A stretch of DNA of 63,965 nucleotides, filler included, from Reticulomyxa filosa (GCA_000512085.1; 23 parts of 23 records of this genome joined end to end with filler, not necessarily neighbours in it); one strand, 5' to 3'. Counted from the first letter of the whole stretch, positions 1-12,559 are shown. Notes: generated by a model from the letters alone, not told the origin. A program made the numbers and translations.

Positions 1-889
1 ATAATGGAATAACTTGTCTTAAATTTATTGGATTGAAAAAAAAAGAGAAGACAAAGAATGTTACATATGATTTGAATTTGTGTTATGGTTCATTGGAAGG
101 TCCCATTCATATTTGGGGATAATTTATTTTTTGTCGAACAAAAAATGAAGTGTTTTTTTTTAATTTTTCATCAAAAAAAAGTAAGATGATATTAAACTTG
201 TTTGGTTTGACCGAATTCAGGCATTGAAGGATGTGTTTTATTTTAAAAAATTGAAAAAATTACGCTCAACGTTTTTTTAAGATTCAAAAGCGTATTAAAT
301 AAAAATTTTATCCAAATATCAAAATAAATTGCAAAATATTTCAAGTATTGCGTTTTTTTGTAGCGTCGAATAAGATTATATACATTTTTTTGCTTCGAAA
401 AACACAAAATATTATTAAAAACTTGAAATGTTGATCCTTTCAAAGAGTATAACGATAGATATAAGAAAAGTTTTGTTAATAAATTTGAAATTCATTAAGA
501 AGGTGACTTTCAGCAATCAAAGCATAATAAGAGGAGAGGATATGACTGTGATTGACTGTTCTACTAAGAAAAGCATTATACATGCACATTATAAAACAGC
601 ACAAATTAGGCAAATGCGAGAAATAGAGGTGTTCGTCCACATCAAGTATATTGGAAAGCATCACGATGACAAAACAAAGCGTCTTTTCTTTGATTCTACA
701 ATCATGAAATAAGCAAAGTATGAATTAGGCAAATCATTAAGTTAACTTTCAAATATCTTGTGTCTTTGTCTAAAGAAAATATCCATTCTGATGGTAATTT
801 TATATTATGTTTTGCACAAAGATATTGATTGTTTAGAATAATTCCATTTTCTTGATTATTACAATTGGTCTTAGACAGAAAGGATTGAA

Positions 890-1450
890 CATGAAACCAA
901 TTTGGAATCTCGTTACTTATATTCTCATTAGATAATTTTGTTAACCAAGGCATGTCAAGCCACATTGGGATTAATATAATCAAAACAGGAAAAAGTCAAA
1001 GGGACAACAAGGTGCGTTATCAAAGACAATATCTTTTTTAAAATTTAGATATGAACAATCAGTAATTCAAAAAATGCAATCAAACAAAGAGATCCTTCAA
1101 TATCTCAGGGATAGTTCTCTCTCTAAATGCAGCAGCTTTTAAAAGATTTTCAGAATTCAAGTGCAGTAATTCAACCAGTTGTATTATCAAAATTGTGAAA
1201 AATAAAGATATTCTTCCAGATATCATATTTTATAATATGCCAAAATATATTTGATTTACAAAAACATTATTTTAAGAAACAACAAGTTCAATCTGGTGAG
1301 AAATTGATTGTTCCTGATATAATTACATTTAATACACTGATCAAGTATAATATACAAAAAGAGGATATTTCGGATTGACATTGCATTATCTTCATTTAAT
1401 GATTGATGTTTACAATGTTAAGCCAAATTTAATTTTTGCAATGATTAATA
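890..1450 (+). pseudogene. Degraded pentatricopeptide-repeat (PPR) gene remnant
   Basis: Manual translation gives PPR-type motif starts broken by stops and frameshifts: KPIWNLVTYILI (~893), KDILPDIIFYN (1204), VPDIITFNTLIK (1310), YNVKPNLIF (~1411). Confidence 0.65.
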
Positions 1451-1857
1451 TTTATTTGATGAATTTGATTTAATTTCTTTTTTTCAATTGTCCAATTTCA
1501 GTGAGTTGATTGTTTATTTTTAAAAAAGAAAAACGAAAACAAAATTCCTAAACGGATTATCAGTTATATCGATAATGCACAATAGTATAAAGTTTATGTG
1601 AAGCAAGTTCATATGATAAAATAATTTTTTTTATATTAATGATTAACTTTAAAAAGTCAAATCTATCACCAATAAACCTATTTTTATAGAAAACAATCTA
1701 CAAAAAGGGAGGTATTTACTGCTTTTTGTCGTTTCAATAAATATTCTTTGAACATACTCAAATTAGCAAAAATGAAATAAAAACCAAAATCAAAATCATA
1801 TTCAAAAGTACACGATTTATAGTTATTTGTGTTTCTTCATCAAAAAATCAATTTACT

Positions 1858-2548
1858 TTATTTCCATAATTCACCAGATTCTATATCCCATAGACAAATT
1901 ATTCTATCAGTTGATGACGATACAATCACTTTACCATCATGCGAAAGTTGCGTACTTAATACAGATTCTGAATGTCCTAATAATTGTTTTAATTCGATTC
2001 CAGAATTTACATTGTATAATCGTATTGTATTATCTTGTAAGCCTGCAACAATATACTTTCCATCTAGAGAAAAGTTTACATCACATATTATATTCAAATC
2101 TCTTTTAAATGTTATTATTTCAATTCCTGCATTAACATCCCATAATCGAATTGTTCCATCGTTTGAACATGAAACAATAGTGTGTTCATCTGGTGGAAAT
2201 CTTGCAACAGAGACTGAACTGGTATGTTCTTTGAAATTTTGAAGTAGTTCTCTCGATTCAACATCCCATATTTGAACATTATAGTGATGTAATGCTGAAA
2301 CAACCATTGCTACCATCTGCAGAAAATGCTACAATATTCACTCCATCTTTACATATTGGAAAACCCCTCAAAAATTTAAAATCTCTTACCTATTTGAAAA
2401 TGTAAATTATTCATAGTAATCGTTTATATAGGAAAGAGAAAGTATATTCCTTAACATATTTAATAATAATTTCGTTAAACTCATTGATCCATCCCAATTT
2501 TATCTTTGCTATTTTAACCCAATGTTGTATGATACGTTTCATTTCATT
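1858..2548 (-). pseudogene. WD40-repeat protein, disrupted/truncated
   Basis: ORF 1858-2316 has about 3 WD40 repeats (EHTSSVSVARF...IRLWD; GHSESV...ICLWD) and ends early. The upstream segment 2456-2548 encodes EMKRIIQHWVKIAKIKLGWINEFNEIII. The frame is broken between the two parts. Confidence 0.8.
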
Positions 2549-2651
2549 TGTTGACTATTGATTATTTTTTAAATAAAATTTATTTGTATTTGATTCAAAA
2601 AAAACTGAAAAGAAATTTACCAATTGTGAAACATCACACCATGTTATCACA

Positions 2652-2751
2652 NNNNNNNNNNNNNNNNNNNNNNNNNNNNNNNNNNNNNNNNNNNNTTAAT
2701 TAATTAANNNNNNNNNNNNNNNNNNNNNNNNNNNNNNNNNNNNNNNNNNNN
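2652..2751. other. Artificial contig-joining spacer N44-TTAATTAATTAA-N44 (first of 22)
   Basis: The identical 100-bp spacer has stops in all six frames. Other copies start at 7048, 10542, 12063, 16703, 18855, 20008, 23684, 26222, 31463, 34600, 35713, 37596, 38753, 45794, 49313, 53877, 56292, 57633, 58969, 61429 and 62576. Confidence 0.99.
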
Positions 2752-2798
2752 TAGTTTTTTGTAAAAAAAAAAAAAAAAAAGGGGATACACATGACTAT

Positions 2799-4362
2799 AT
2801 GTTGGAACATTTCAATCAATTGAACGGGATAAAAGACCCATTTCGACGTTTTCGCAGCAGCGAAGTGATGCATTTAAAATTTAATGCTCGTCATGACCGT
2901 GAGTCGCGTTTGCTGAAAGCCATCGGGACACAGTTTCGTCAGATAAGGAAGTTGATGATCGAGATAAGCGAGGAAAGGAATGTGATGATGATATATTTGG
3001 AATGGCTGAGTAAAAGGAATAGTAAGTTTTTCAACGCGATTCGACATTTGGTGTTGCTGTTTCCAGGAATGGAAAGGAACTACAACGATGGTATTCTTGC
3101 GAACAATGGAGGAGTAGGAGGAGTAGGAGGAAGTGGTGGACATGGTCTGTTTGGGAATGATGGTGGAAATGGTGCTTCCAATGCAGTACATGGCAGTCGA
3201 ATAAGCCATGGTCATGGTAATAATGAGTACGTGGGCAATGGAGGACATTTCCACACAAACTACGGTAGTAACAGTCCACAACTAGGTCCAATCAGCAGTA
3301 TTTTGTTGATGCATGGCAATGGTTATACCGGCAATGGCGGACATTACAATAATGGGGGCCATAACATCCATAATGCCAATAGCAGTGGCAACAATGGCAA
3401 TGGCCATACTCATGGACATCATAACAATGGCAATGGCAATGGCAATGGCAATGGCAACGGCCATAACCACCATAATCATCACAACCATCACAATCATAAT
3501 AATAGCAATAGCAACAACACAACGAATGGCAATAGCAATAACAATAGCAACATATTTAGTGCGCACTCCACGTACAAAGCGCAATTGCCGATAATATTGC
3601 GACAGTGTGCGTTTCTGAAAACGCTGACGATGAATTGCTCGTTGTTGGCAGCCTTGTATCGCAGTATTTCGTCTTCGTGTTTGGAGCTGACGCAGATCCA
3701 ATGCTTCAATCCTCAGTTCGAACCCGAGTTGAATGACCCGGAGCTGAAGTGCATCAGCAACATGATCTACTTCCAAGAGCAATGTGCTTTGATCCAATAT
3801 GGACGACACATCCGCTACTCGTTTCTGTCGTACTTTGCCAGAAGCATCGAAAGCATGCATATCCACGATTCCAAGTTCAACTTCTTTGATGACCTTGCTC
3901 ACGAAGATGTTCAGCACTTGCGTATCCATTCCGATTTGACGCGCTTCCCTTTGCTGCAGGAACTGTGTCTTCACTTTTCGTCCCCACTTATCGCCGTCCC
4001 AAAGCACGCGTCCAAAAAGCATTTCCAGCGCACCAAACATATGGTCGACTTCTTACGTAAACATGTCATTTATGCTCCGCTCTTGTCCAAGCTCAATTTG
4101 GTCTTTGCATTTCACTCAGCCGACGTCCTTTCCACAAACAAGAGTTTCCTCGGTAGTGGTAGCAGTAGTAGTAGCAGTAGCAGTAGTACTGGTGGTGGTG
4201 GCGGTGATATCCCCAGTGGGTCCACTATGATGTCTGGTGGTAATTTTAATTTTAGTTTTAATAATAATAATGGTGGTAGCAGCAATAACAACAATAGTAG
4301 CAGTAGCAGCAGTAGCAGCAGTAGTAGTAGTACTGTTGGAGGAGGAGTTGCTGGCATCAACA

Positions 4363-4405
<43 letters not shown>

Positions 4406-4640
4406 CAACAATGGTGGTAGCAAAGTCAATCGCATTAGCAACTCGTTGATCGAACTACTGCATTCCGTGTTGCAACACTTTGTGAATGTCAGCACAAATG
4501 GCAATATCTCCACCATGCCCTCCTCTCCCAAGTCCAAGCATCACTCCAAATCCTTCCCCGCAGATCCTTCTCATGCACATACTGAACAAGACACATTGTT
4601 GGATGAAAAGTTGGACAATTTGGATGACGACAACAATAAC

Positions 4641-4672
<32 letters not shown>

Positions 4673-5351
4673 TGAAAATGAAGTCGATGATGATGCCTCG
4701 CATTCGAAACCACACTCTCAAACGAACAATAGCACGCCTTGGGTGTTTAGCAACAAACTGCACGTAAAGTGCATCAGCATTTACAGCATTGGATGCGATG
4801 GCAGGTTCAACCTCAAGCTGCTGCAGACAATCGACTCGTTTTTCAATGAGCTGCTGCAAAGTGAGGAGTACAAGATGGCCTGCTTGTACGACACTTCCAT
4901 CGACAAGGAGAGCAAGTATCGCTACAAGTGCATCATGGAGTGGCTCCACATTCACATTGACATGCAGTACCACAACATCGAAGAAATTAAGCAGTTGATG
5001 GACATACTGAAGCAGTCCAAACTTTTTCAATCTATTCATTGCAGTTATGCCCTCATTGCACGCAAACACGGAGACTTGTCAAGCAATATCTTTGTCAATC
5101 GTCCCAGCACTTATGGTACAAACAATAACAATAGCTCCAATAATAATAATAATAATAGTAAAAAAAATACTTCCACTCATAATGAAAACCCCAATAGCTC
5201 ATATAACAAACTATTACACAATCACGACGACAGTGACGACAATTTCCTCTTCTGCTTCTCAATGATCGCCTGCAGATCCAATCGACAAAAAACAAATATA
5301 ACCAATGTCTGATGAATAGCGTCTATAAGCAGTCATGCTACTCATCACACC

Positions 5352-5388
<37 letters not shown>

Positions 5389-6031
5389 GTCGTCGTATCT
5401 ATCGCCGTACGAACTCTGCACTGACAAGTACAACTTGCGCTACAACTACATGTCTGACCAGTTCAAACAACAACAGCAAAACGAAGCGAGCATCTTCAAA
5501 AGTCGTGGCATTACCATGTCCAGACATCTTCAAAACCTTGCCGTATACCCCTATGGACATACTCACCATGTCGTCGGCTTGCAATGTCTCTGGAGCGATA
5601 TCAATTACTCCAATTGCTTCATCAATCCTTTTCAATTCCTTGACAGAAACGCCGAACTACTCCTCGCCCAGTCACAAATGCAAATGCAAGCGCTGGCACT
5701 CGCTCAAAAACCAAAATCCAAGTCTTCTTTCACTAGTGCCACGCTGGGGCTCTGGCAGCGACTTGGCTCTTTCAAAAAATCCCAAGACCACAAAACGGAC
5801 CAAAAAGTAGACGAAACACAAACTAATAATGTCAATAACAATAACAACAACAATAATAATAATAATAATAATAATGTCAACAAACCATTGCTCAGACCTC
5901 TTGACCAGTCGGAATGGAAAAAGGACTTTTTCAAGTTTGTAAAGTGTGTCAAAAATTGTCATGTTCAGATCTGTCCGTGGTTATGTCCTTGTCAGTTTTC
6001 TTTTGATGCACTTAAATACAGAACTATTTGA
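2799..6031 (+). CDS. Large low-complexity (N/H/G/S/T-rich) protein with LRR-like segments; 5' partial; one apparent frameshift near 5243
   Basis: 837-aa ORF followed by a 239-aa ORF whose frame is open from 5237 (..FPLLLLNDRLQIQSTKNKYNQCLMN). One extra T in AATTTCCT would fuse them. LxxLxL-type segments: FPLLQELCLHF, LLSKLNLVF, FLKTLTMNC. Confidence 0.7.
4362..4405 (+). repeat. (ACT)n coding microsatellite, poly-Thr
   Basis: Direct trinucleotide run. (AGT/AGC)n and (AAT)n runs nearby encode poly-Ser and poly-Asn. Confidence 0.95.
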
Positions 6032-6374
6032 GCTTTGCGTGTTTTTATTTTATTCTTTATTTTTTATTTTCTTTTTTTCTACGGGAAAGTGTCAATAAAC
6101 AATCACAACGAAAAACTTTGGCAAAAAATTTTTTTACTTTGTTGTCTTCTGTGTGATTGATTGCCAAAAAATATTTTTTCTTGTTACTAGTTGTTGAGCT
6201 TAAAAATTATTCTGGACGCACATCTTTTCTATTACAAGTGCTTATTCACGTAATTGCTTTCATCCAATCTTTGAGACATTTCCAAATGACAATGATTTGC
6301 TAACAATCAAAAAGAAAGACAGCCCATTAAAAAAAAAAAAAGGAAATTTCGAAATTGAATTTTGAAAAAACATA

Positions 6375-6931
6375 ATGTCTGAAGTAAAAGAGGATGTGCC
6401 TGCATATCCTAATGCAGGCCATGGGTTGAAACCGAATACCCATGCAATGGATCAATTTTCTCAAATTGTGCAGAAATTGGAAGCTACATTCCATTCACTA
6501 CACTTTACACGAAACATGGTCAACGGAATTATAGAGGCGGAAACGAAATCCGCGGCAGTATTAATTGCTCTTGTTGACAATAGAAAAAAGGATGATTTGC
6601 CATTTTCGCAAATTGACAAGGGCATTCAAAGCTATTGGTATAAGAGATAAATAAACAACATATGTATAAAAATAGAAAGAAGTAGATTAATATGTATGTA
6701 TAATGTCAAATATATATTAATACGGCAATAATTTATTTTTTCCAAAAAAAAAAAAAGGCTCGAAACAGCCCGTCTTCGTAGCGAAATGGCTCAGCAATTG
6801 CAAGTGGACATAATCGAGCCAGTGGATGCATACCTGATAGCATCGAAGGAAAAGATAAAGAACATGGTAAAAAACAACGCAAAGACATTGAAAACATTTC
6901 AATCATTGACAGCAGAATCTCAAAAAACGGA
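6375..6931 (+). CDS. F-BAR (FCH) domain protein, N-terminal exons, 3' partial
   Basis: Splicing GT6638..AG6757 gives IQSYW-LETARLRSEMAQQLQVDIIEPV in frame, matching the F-BAR pattern W..ET...A..L...+.EP+. The N-terminal helix has ..IIEAETKSAAVL. Confidence 0.7.
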
Positions 6932-7189
6932 AGTTTGGTTATTGTGTCTTTACCTACACACACACACACATACATGCACATACATGCACATACATATACA
7001 TTCATATATGTATATAACTTAAATTAAAAAAAAAAAAAAAAAAAAAANNNNNNNNNNNNNNNNNNNNNNNNNNNNNNNNNNNNNNNNNNNNTTAATTAAT
7101 TAANNNNNNNNNNNNNNNNNNNNNNNNNNNNNNNNNNNNNNNNNNNNCGTGTAATTTATTTATATTTCATAAAAAAAAAAACAAAAACA

Positions 7190-7745
7190 AAAACAAATCT
7201 TCATATGAGTTTATACTGGTTCATTTTTATCATTTAATCTTCAGATTATATATATATGATTCTAGTCTTCACTGAATAATGCAGCACAATATGTCAATGG
7301 TATATATAAATTATTTTGAATATCAAAATATTCATTATTTTTAATTACAAATTTATACATTTTTTCCGAAGCAATAGTAATGTCACTACATCCACCAAAT
7401 ATTAATACCATGCCATCCACATGTACGTACCCATAATGGACGATTTTGATAGTTGATCAAATATTTTAATATGATTGAAGTAAAATTGATTAATATATTT
7501 ATCATATTTAATTAATATACATGATTTATAATAAAAGAATAAAATTTCTTCATCTTATATTTTTATAAGACAATGATCAAATATTGTTTCATTGTATTTA
7601 GTTAGTAGATTATCATCTTTTATAAATTGATATTTATTTAAATTAAATACACTAATATAATGTGTATAATAAGTTTAATGTTTGTGTAACACACATTGAG
7701 ATTTAATAAGTGGAATAGGCAACTCCTTCAAAGTTTGAAATATCT
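7190..7745 (-). pseudogene. Kelch-like beta-propeller family pseudogene
   Basis: The minus strand reads FQTLKELPIPLIKSQCVLHKH*, almost identical to the start of the Kelch-like ORF at 37696-38020. The rest is stop-riddled and AT-rich, with an ILIFGG-like remnant near 7400. Confidence 0.75.
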
Positions 7746-7944
7746 GGTCGGTCGTTGCCATTGTCGTTGCTATTGTCGTTGCTGTTGTTGGTGTCGGCGT
7801 TGGCGTTGGTATTGGCACTGTCGCTGTCGTTGAATTTTTCACCTCTTTATTTCACATTCAAACATTGACGTCATGTGTTTGTCACGTCCACTCCCCACCT
7901 CTTCTCAAAGTCAAAGCAATGTCATTGAATATTTTGTGATTATA

Positions 7945-8465
7945 TCAAACATAATTAAAAAAAAAGTCAAATGGATATTTTTTTAAATTATTATTATTAT
8001 TATTATTATGTTTATTTGTATCTGCAGTATTGCACCAAAAATCGTCCAAGAGATTGATTTGAGAATTCTCGTCGATCCACTGGTTATCTTCGTTATGTTG
8101 GGCTTGCAAAGGAACATGGACGGACACAACGGCAGCGACGACGAAGACTAAGGTACCAATGACGATTTGAAATCTTGCTCTTTCCTTGCAACTGCAACTG
8201 CAGTGACATTATCGTCGTGGTTGTTGTCGTTGCTATGCAAGGTCATCATTGCCACTAAGGCGTCGTTGTCATTGGCAACTTGAGCATGCTGTTCCGTTGG
8301 CTGTTCCTTGTCTTTGACACCTTTCAAATCGCTGTGGCTATGACTGTGATTGTTGTCGAATGGTACCAAATGCGAAAACAAATCATCCATCTTCCATGAG
8401 GACTCTTCTTGATGTTCTAATTTTTTGGGTGCTGCTTCACTGCTTGCTTTTTCATCAATGATCAC
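7945..8465 (-). CDS. Hypothetical hydrophilic protein fragment(s)
   Basis: Two co-linear ORFs (8148-8465 and 7945-8127) with coding-like composition and no recognisable domain. Confidence 0.35.
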
Positions 8466-8955
8466 TGGTTCATTTTGCTTTTCATTTTTTTTTACCCTTC
8501 GGTACGTCTTTTTTTAAGAAGTTAGAAAAATGGAGAGAAAATTTCGAGAAAAAAATTAACTAAAAAATACAACAATCTATTTCTATCCATATTTTTGTAA
8601 ATATTGAAAGATCTATCATGAAATTGTTGATAATCAAGATTATCGTGATATTTTTTTTAATCAGTTTTATTATCTAATATTTTTGTTTTTAAATTTTCCA
8701 ATGATAATTTCAACGAAAATCAACAAATTCAACTAAAAGATTTCAAAATTTGCCTTGCAAAGAAAGCATCGTGTCTTTTTGTATTTGATTAAAATTATTG
8801 TCTTTTGATTGTAGAATCTTTGATGAAGTTTGTTGTTTGAATTTTTATGGACTTATGATTTAGAATTAAAACTGTTGATAATGGGGTGATAGGTTTAAAC
8901 CTTCCACTATTCAAAATTGAATTAAGCGTAAAAAAGAAAAGTTGTAACAAAATTT

Positions 8956-10253
8956 CTACAAACGAGACCAAGCACTTTCCAAAGCATCCATAAATGCAAA
9001 ACCAACAACAGCAACAATTTTTTTCCCACTTGCAGTAACTAAAAGTTGACTCATTTTATTAGCCCGATCATCATATAAATATTTAACAATGTCAGATGAG
9101 TAATGTCGAGTTTCTTCAATGATGTTATGAGCATTTTTTCGTGTGCGGATTTGTGTTAAATCGTCTTTTTCATTGATTTTGTCATTGTTCAATTTTTCCC
9201 AGAGCTCTTCTTGTGTTAACATTCCATCTTTACCACGTCCAATGTTATGAAGTTTTTGGTTTTCGCTGACTCTTTTCATCATTGACTCCTTTAGTATAGT
9301 TTTTTGTAGAAGTTGTTGATCAAATGCCTGGTTTTTGTCAAAGTCCATTTTATCGTTCGTATCAAATGTTTTTGGCATGTTACGCACAAGATCCTGTAAC
9401 AGCATTGTCAGTTTTTCTTTTGCTATTTTTGTTTTGTTTAGATAGCTCAATGACTATTACAACATTGATTAACAAATTAAAAAAAATTGGCAAAAACATT
9501 TATTTAAAGAATAACAACAGAAAAAAGAAATCATTACATTGTTTGGAGGGTCGCTGGAGATCAAATAATTGCTCTACACTTGTTTCAAATTTGTCCATTG
9601 CTTCTTTTAGTGATGGATCTCCAAAAACGATATCACATTTATGCTGTTTCGCATATTTCAAGCCATATGCATACTCACGGCCAAATAATATTCCAAACAA
9701 TTCCCACGGTTTTATTACACCTTGAGAACGACTGAACAATACATATGATGATGGACATTCAGTTTCAAACCATTTCAACGCTACTTCATGGGCGGTTGCT
9801 TCCAACAAATTGTCTCCAAATTCTTCTTCCAATCTTTTGTTTCAATATAAACCCATGTCTTTTCATCTTCCCTCCTCTTCTCTCCTCTCTTTTCTTTTCA
9901 TTAGAGTTGGAATCAAAAAGCTTGGAAAAACAAGAAATTTCTTGAAGTTTACGCACTTCGCAATAACTCAACTTTTCAAGTAGATTTGCTCTACTCTTAC
10001 AGAGTTGCAAGAACACTGTATCCGGTTTTATTGTGGTCATCACTTGTTGGATTTTTTCTAGACCAAAATTTGAATATTGACTACCAATAAGAAATACATT
10101 TTTCTCTTTGTGTTGCAATAATGAAAATAAATCATCTGCTGGAAGCAATTTCATCACTGAAAAGCAATGTCTTGAATGTTGAAAGGTTTCAACATAGCAA
10201 TTGCTCTTTCTTATTGAATGTGAGACAAATGATTTGAAAAGTGCCATTTGCAA
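8956..10253 (-). CDS. TraB/PrgY/GumN (TRABD-like) family protein, multi-exon, metal-site degenerate
   Basis: Motifs NVFLIGS...IKPDTVFLQLCKSR, GREYAYG...DIVFGDPS and LYDDRANKM...KIVAVVGFAFMDALESAW match the TraB pattern (VYLVGTAH, PDxVxVELC..R, GxEF..A, GDRP, ERD, VAVVGxGH) over three ORFs. Confidence 0.8.
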
Positions 10254-10641
10254 AAATGAAAAAAACTAACAAACTTTCATCATTCTTTTAATTGTGTTTT
10301 CATTTCAAAGTCGATAAAAACAGCAGGATAGCCAAAATATTATCTTTTATGGAAAGTTTGTTGAAATATTGACTGGCAAGAGAAGAGAAGAAAAAAGGCG
10401 TGCAATTCCCTTTCAAACACAAAACCAAGGTTTGTCAGATTTCCAAGATTATTCGATGTCAAGCCCAAACACGACAACTTCCCCTTTCCATCATCTTCCA
10501 CAGACACAGGATCTATTATCTTTCCAGAATCATTCTATAGCNNNNNNNNNNNNNNNNNNNNNNNNNNNNNNNNNNNNNNNNNNNNTTAATTAATTAANNN
10601 NNNNNNNNNNNNNNNNNNNNNNNNNNNNNNNNNNNNNNNNN

Positions 10642-12062
10642 AATAAACTTGTTTACAATCATCCCATTCAATACAAGCACGAGGCAACCAAAAATGCAAT
10701 CGAAATTGCCAAAGAATTATTTTTTACAGATGCAAGTGCCAAGGAAAATGATACCCAATTTTGCTTGTGCAAAAAATGGCAATCTTCCAAATTCTTTCTG
10801 ATTAATCAAAACGGTAACCAGAATCAAAAAAATAATCTCTGATATGCCAATATGTTTCTTTTTTAAAAACAATTGAAGAATATGTGATGTGAAAAAGAGT
10901 CCCTCTCATTGATGATTTCAAATGAAAATGACGTGAAAGATAAAGGGTATGAGTTTTTGAAAGAGGCAAAGATTATCCTACTTTGTTGGAAAGAAGAGAT
11001 GAGCAAATTGCAACGATTATGGGCATGGATTATTGTTAACGTATATGTTTCGAATAGATAAATAAATAAATAAATGTAATCACAAATACGATAGGGGTCA
11101 ACGATCACAATTCCATCCAACGAAGATATTCTCGAAGAAAAAAAGAAACGAATTGAAGTATTGTGCCAAACAGTAGGAGTACCAGAACCAAAGATGAATG
11201 CAATAACAAAGAAATTATGCGAAGGGGAATTCAAACATTATGTGTTGACTTATGACAATATTTTGAAAATGATAAATATCATTCTCAATGTTCGATCCAA
11301 TCTTTCAACTGTGTTGATGGGAGAAACAGGATGTGGAAAGACAGCTTTAATAAAATATCTTGCATGTGCAATTGACACTGAATTGGAAGCTGTTGATATC
11401 CATGGAGGCATTGACAGAACTCATATCGATGAAATTGTAGAGAAATGCAAAGAGAGATTAAGATCAATGGAAAGCACGGTTGAATCGAAAGAAAATGAAT
11501 TTCAACGTAATCCGAAAGAAATTTGGCTTTTCTTGGATGAATTCAATACTTCACCTGATATTGGCTGGTTCAATGAATTAATTTGTAATCGTTCTCTTGA
11601 TGGAGTCAAAATACCAGATGAAATTAAAATCCTTGCTGCATGTAATCCCTATCGCAAGCGTAAACTCAGTGGACAGGAGAAAGAATGGTTTGGCAAAGAT
11701 CAATTAGCCCAGTACGCATATCGAGTATTTCCTTTATGTGAAACTGTGAAAGTACATCTTTGGCAGTTTGGATCATTGTTTGAATTAGATGAACGTCAAT
11801 ACATTTTGGAAATGATCAAAAGTCGAAAAAAAGAACTGAATGAACCTCTTCAAACTATGTTTGACAATGAGATGTCCTTAATTTTCGAACAAATTTGCAA
11901 ATCACAAAAATTTGTGCGTACCAAATTGCAAGATGTTGCAATGGTGTCCTTACGAGATGTGGAGAGATGTCTGAATATTTTTGTTTGGCTTGCTAATCGA
12001 TATTTTGCAAACGCATCGAATATCAGACAATGTCTGGTGATTTCAATGGGAATTTGTTATTA
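10642..12062 (+). CDS. RNF213/mysterin-like dynein-type AAA+ ATPase, internal fragment
   Basis: YVLTYDNILKM...VLMGETGCGKT (Walker A, ~11320), WLFLDEFNT (Walker B), AACNPYRKR, YRVFPL and VSLRDVERC are all motifs of the RNF213 AAA core. Short upstream exons lie at 10642-11030. Confidence 0.85.
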
Positions 12063-12559
12063 NNNNNNNNNNNNNNNNNNNNNNNNNNNNNNNNNNNNNN
12101 NNNNNNTTAATTAATTAANNNNNNNNNNNNNNNNNNNNNNNNNNNNNNNNNNNNNNNNNNNNTTCATTTTTGGACGAGGTACTTTTGATTGAACTTGGAG
12201 ACACTTTCGTTAAAATATTTTTTTTGATTGTGCATTTTTTTTTTTAAGGGATCATTAATTTTTAGAAAGAGATTTGGTTCAATTAACGCTTTGTGATCTT
12301 TTTTTGCCTGTGGGCGTCTCAGTAAAATTATAAATTACTTTTAATGAAGATGAAATATACAAGTCATTCATAAAGATGCATCTTGTTGGAGGAAAATGTC
12401 AAAATACATTGAAAAAAGAGTTGATATTTTTGTATAAGAACTGAAAAAAACGATTAATCTGTTACTTTTTTATACTTTACACTCGGCAAAAAAGCACAAT
12501 AGGATACCAAAGTATTGAGTTGGAGATTGAACAATAGGTAGGTCCTTGATTAAAGATAT

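Noticed and set aside
2874-5962. Many overlapping antisense and alternate-frame ORFs (poly-L, poly-V, poly-I, poly-Y)
   Set aside because: They are shadows of trinucleotide repeats in the real + strand gene.
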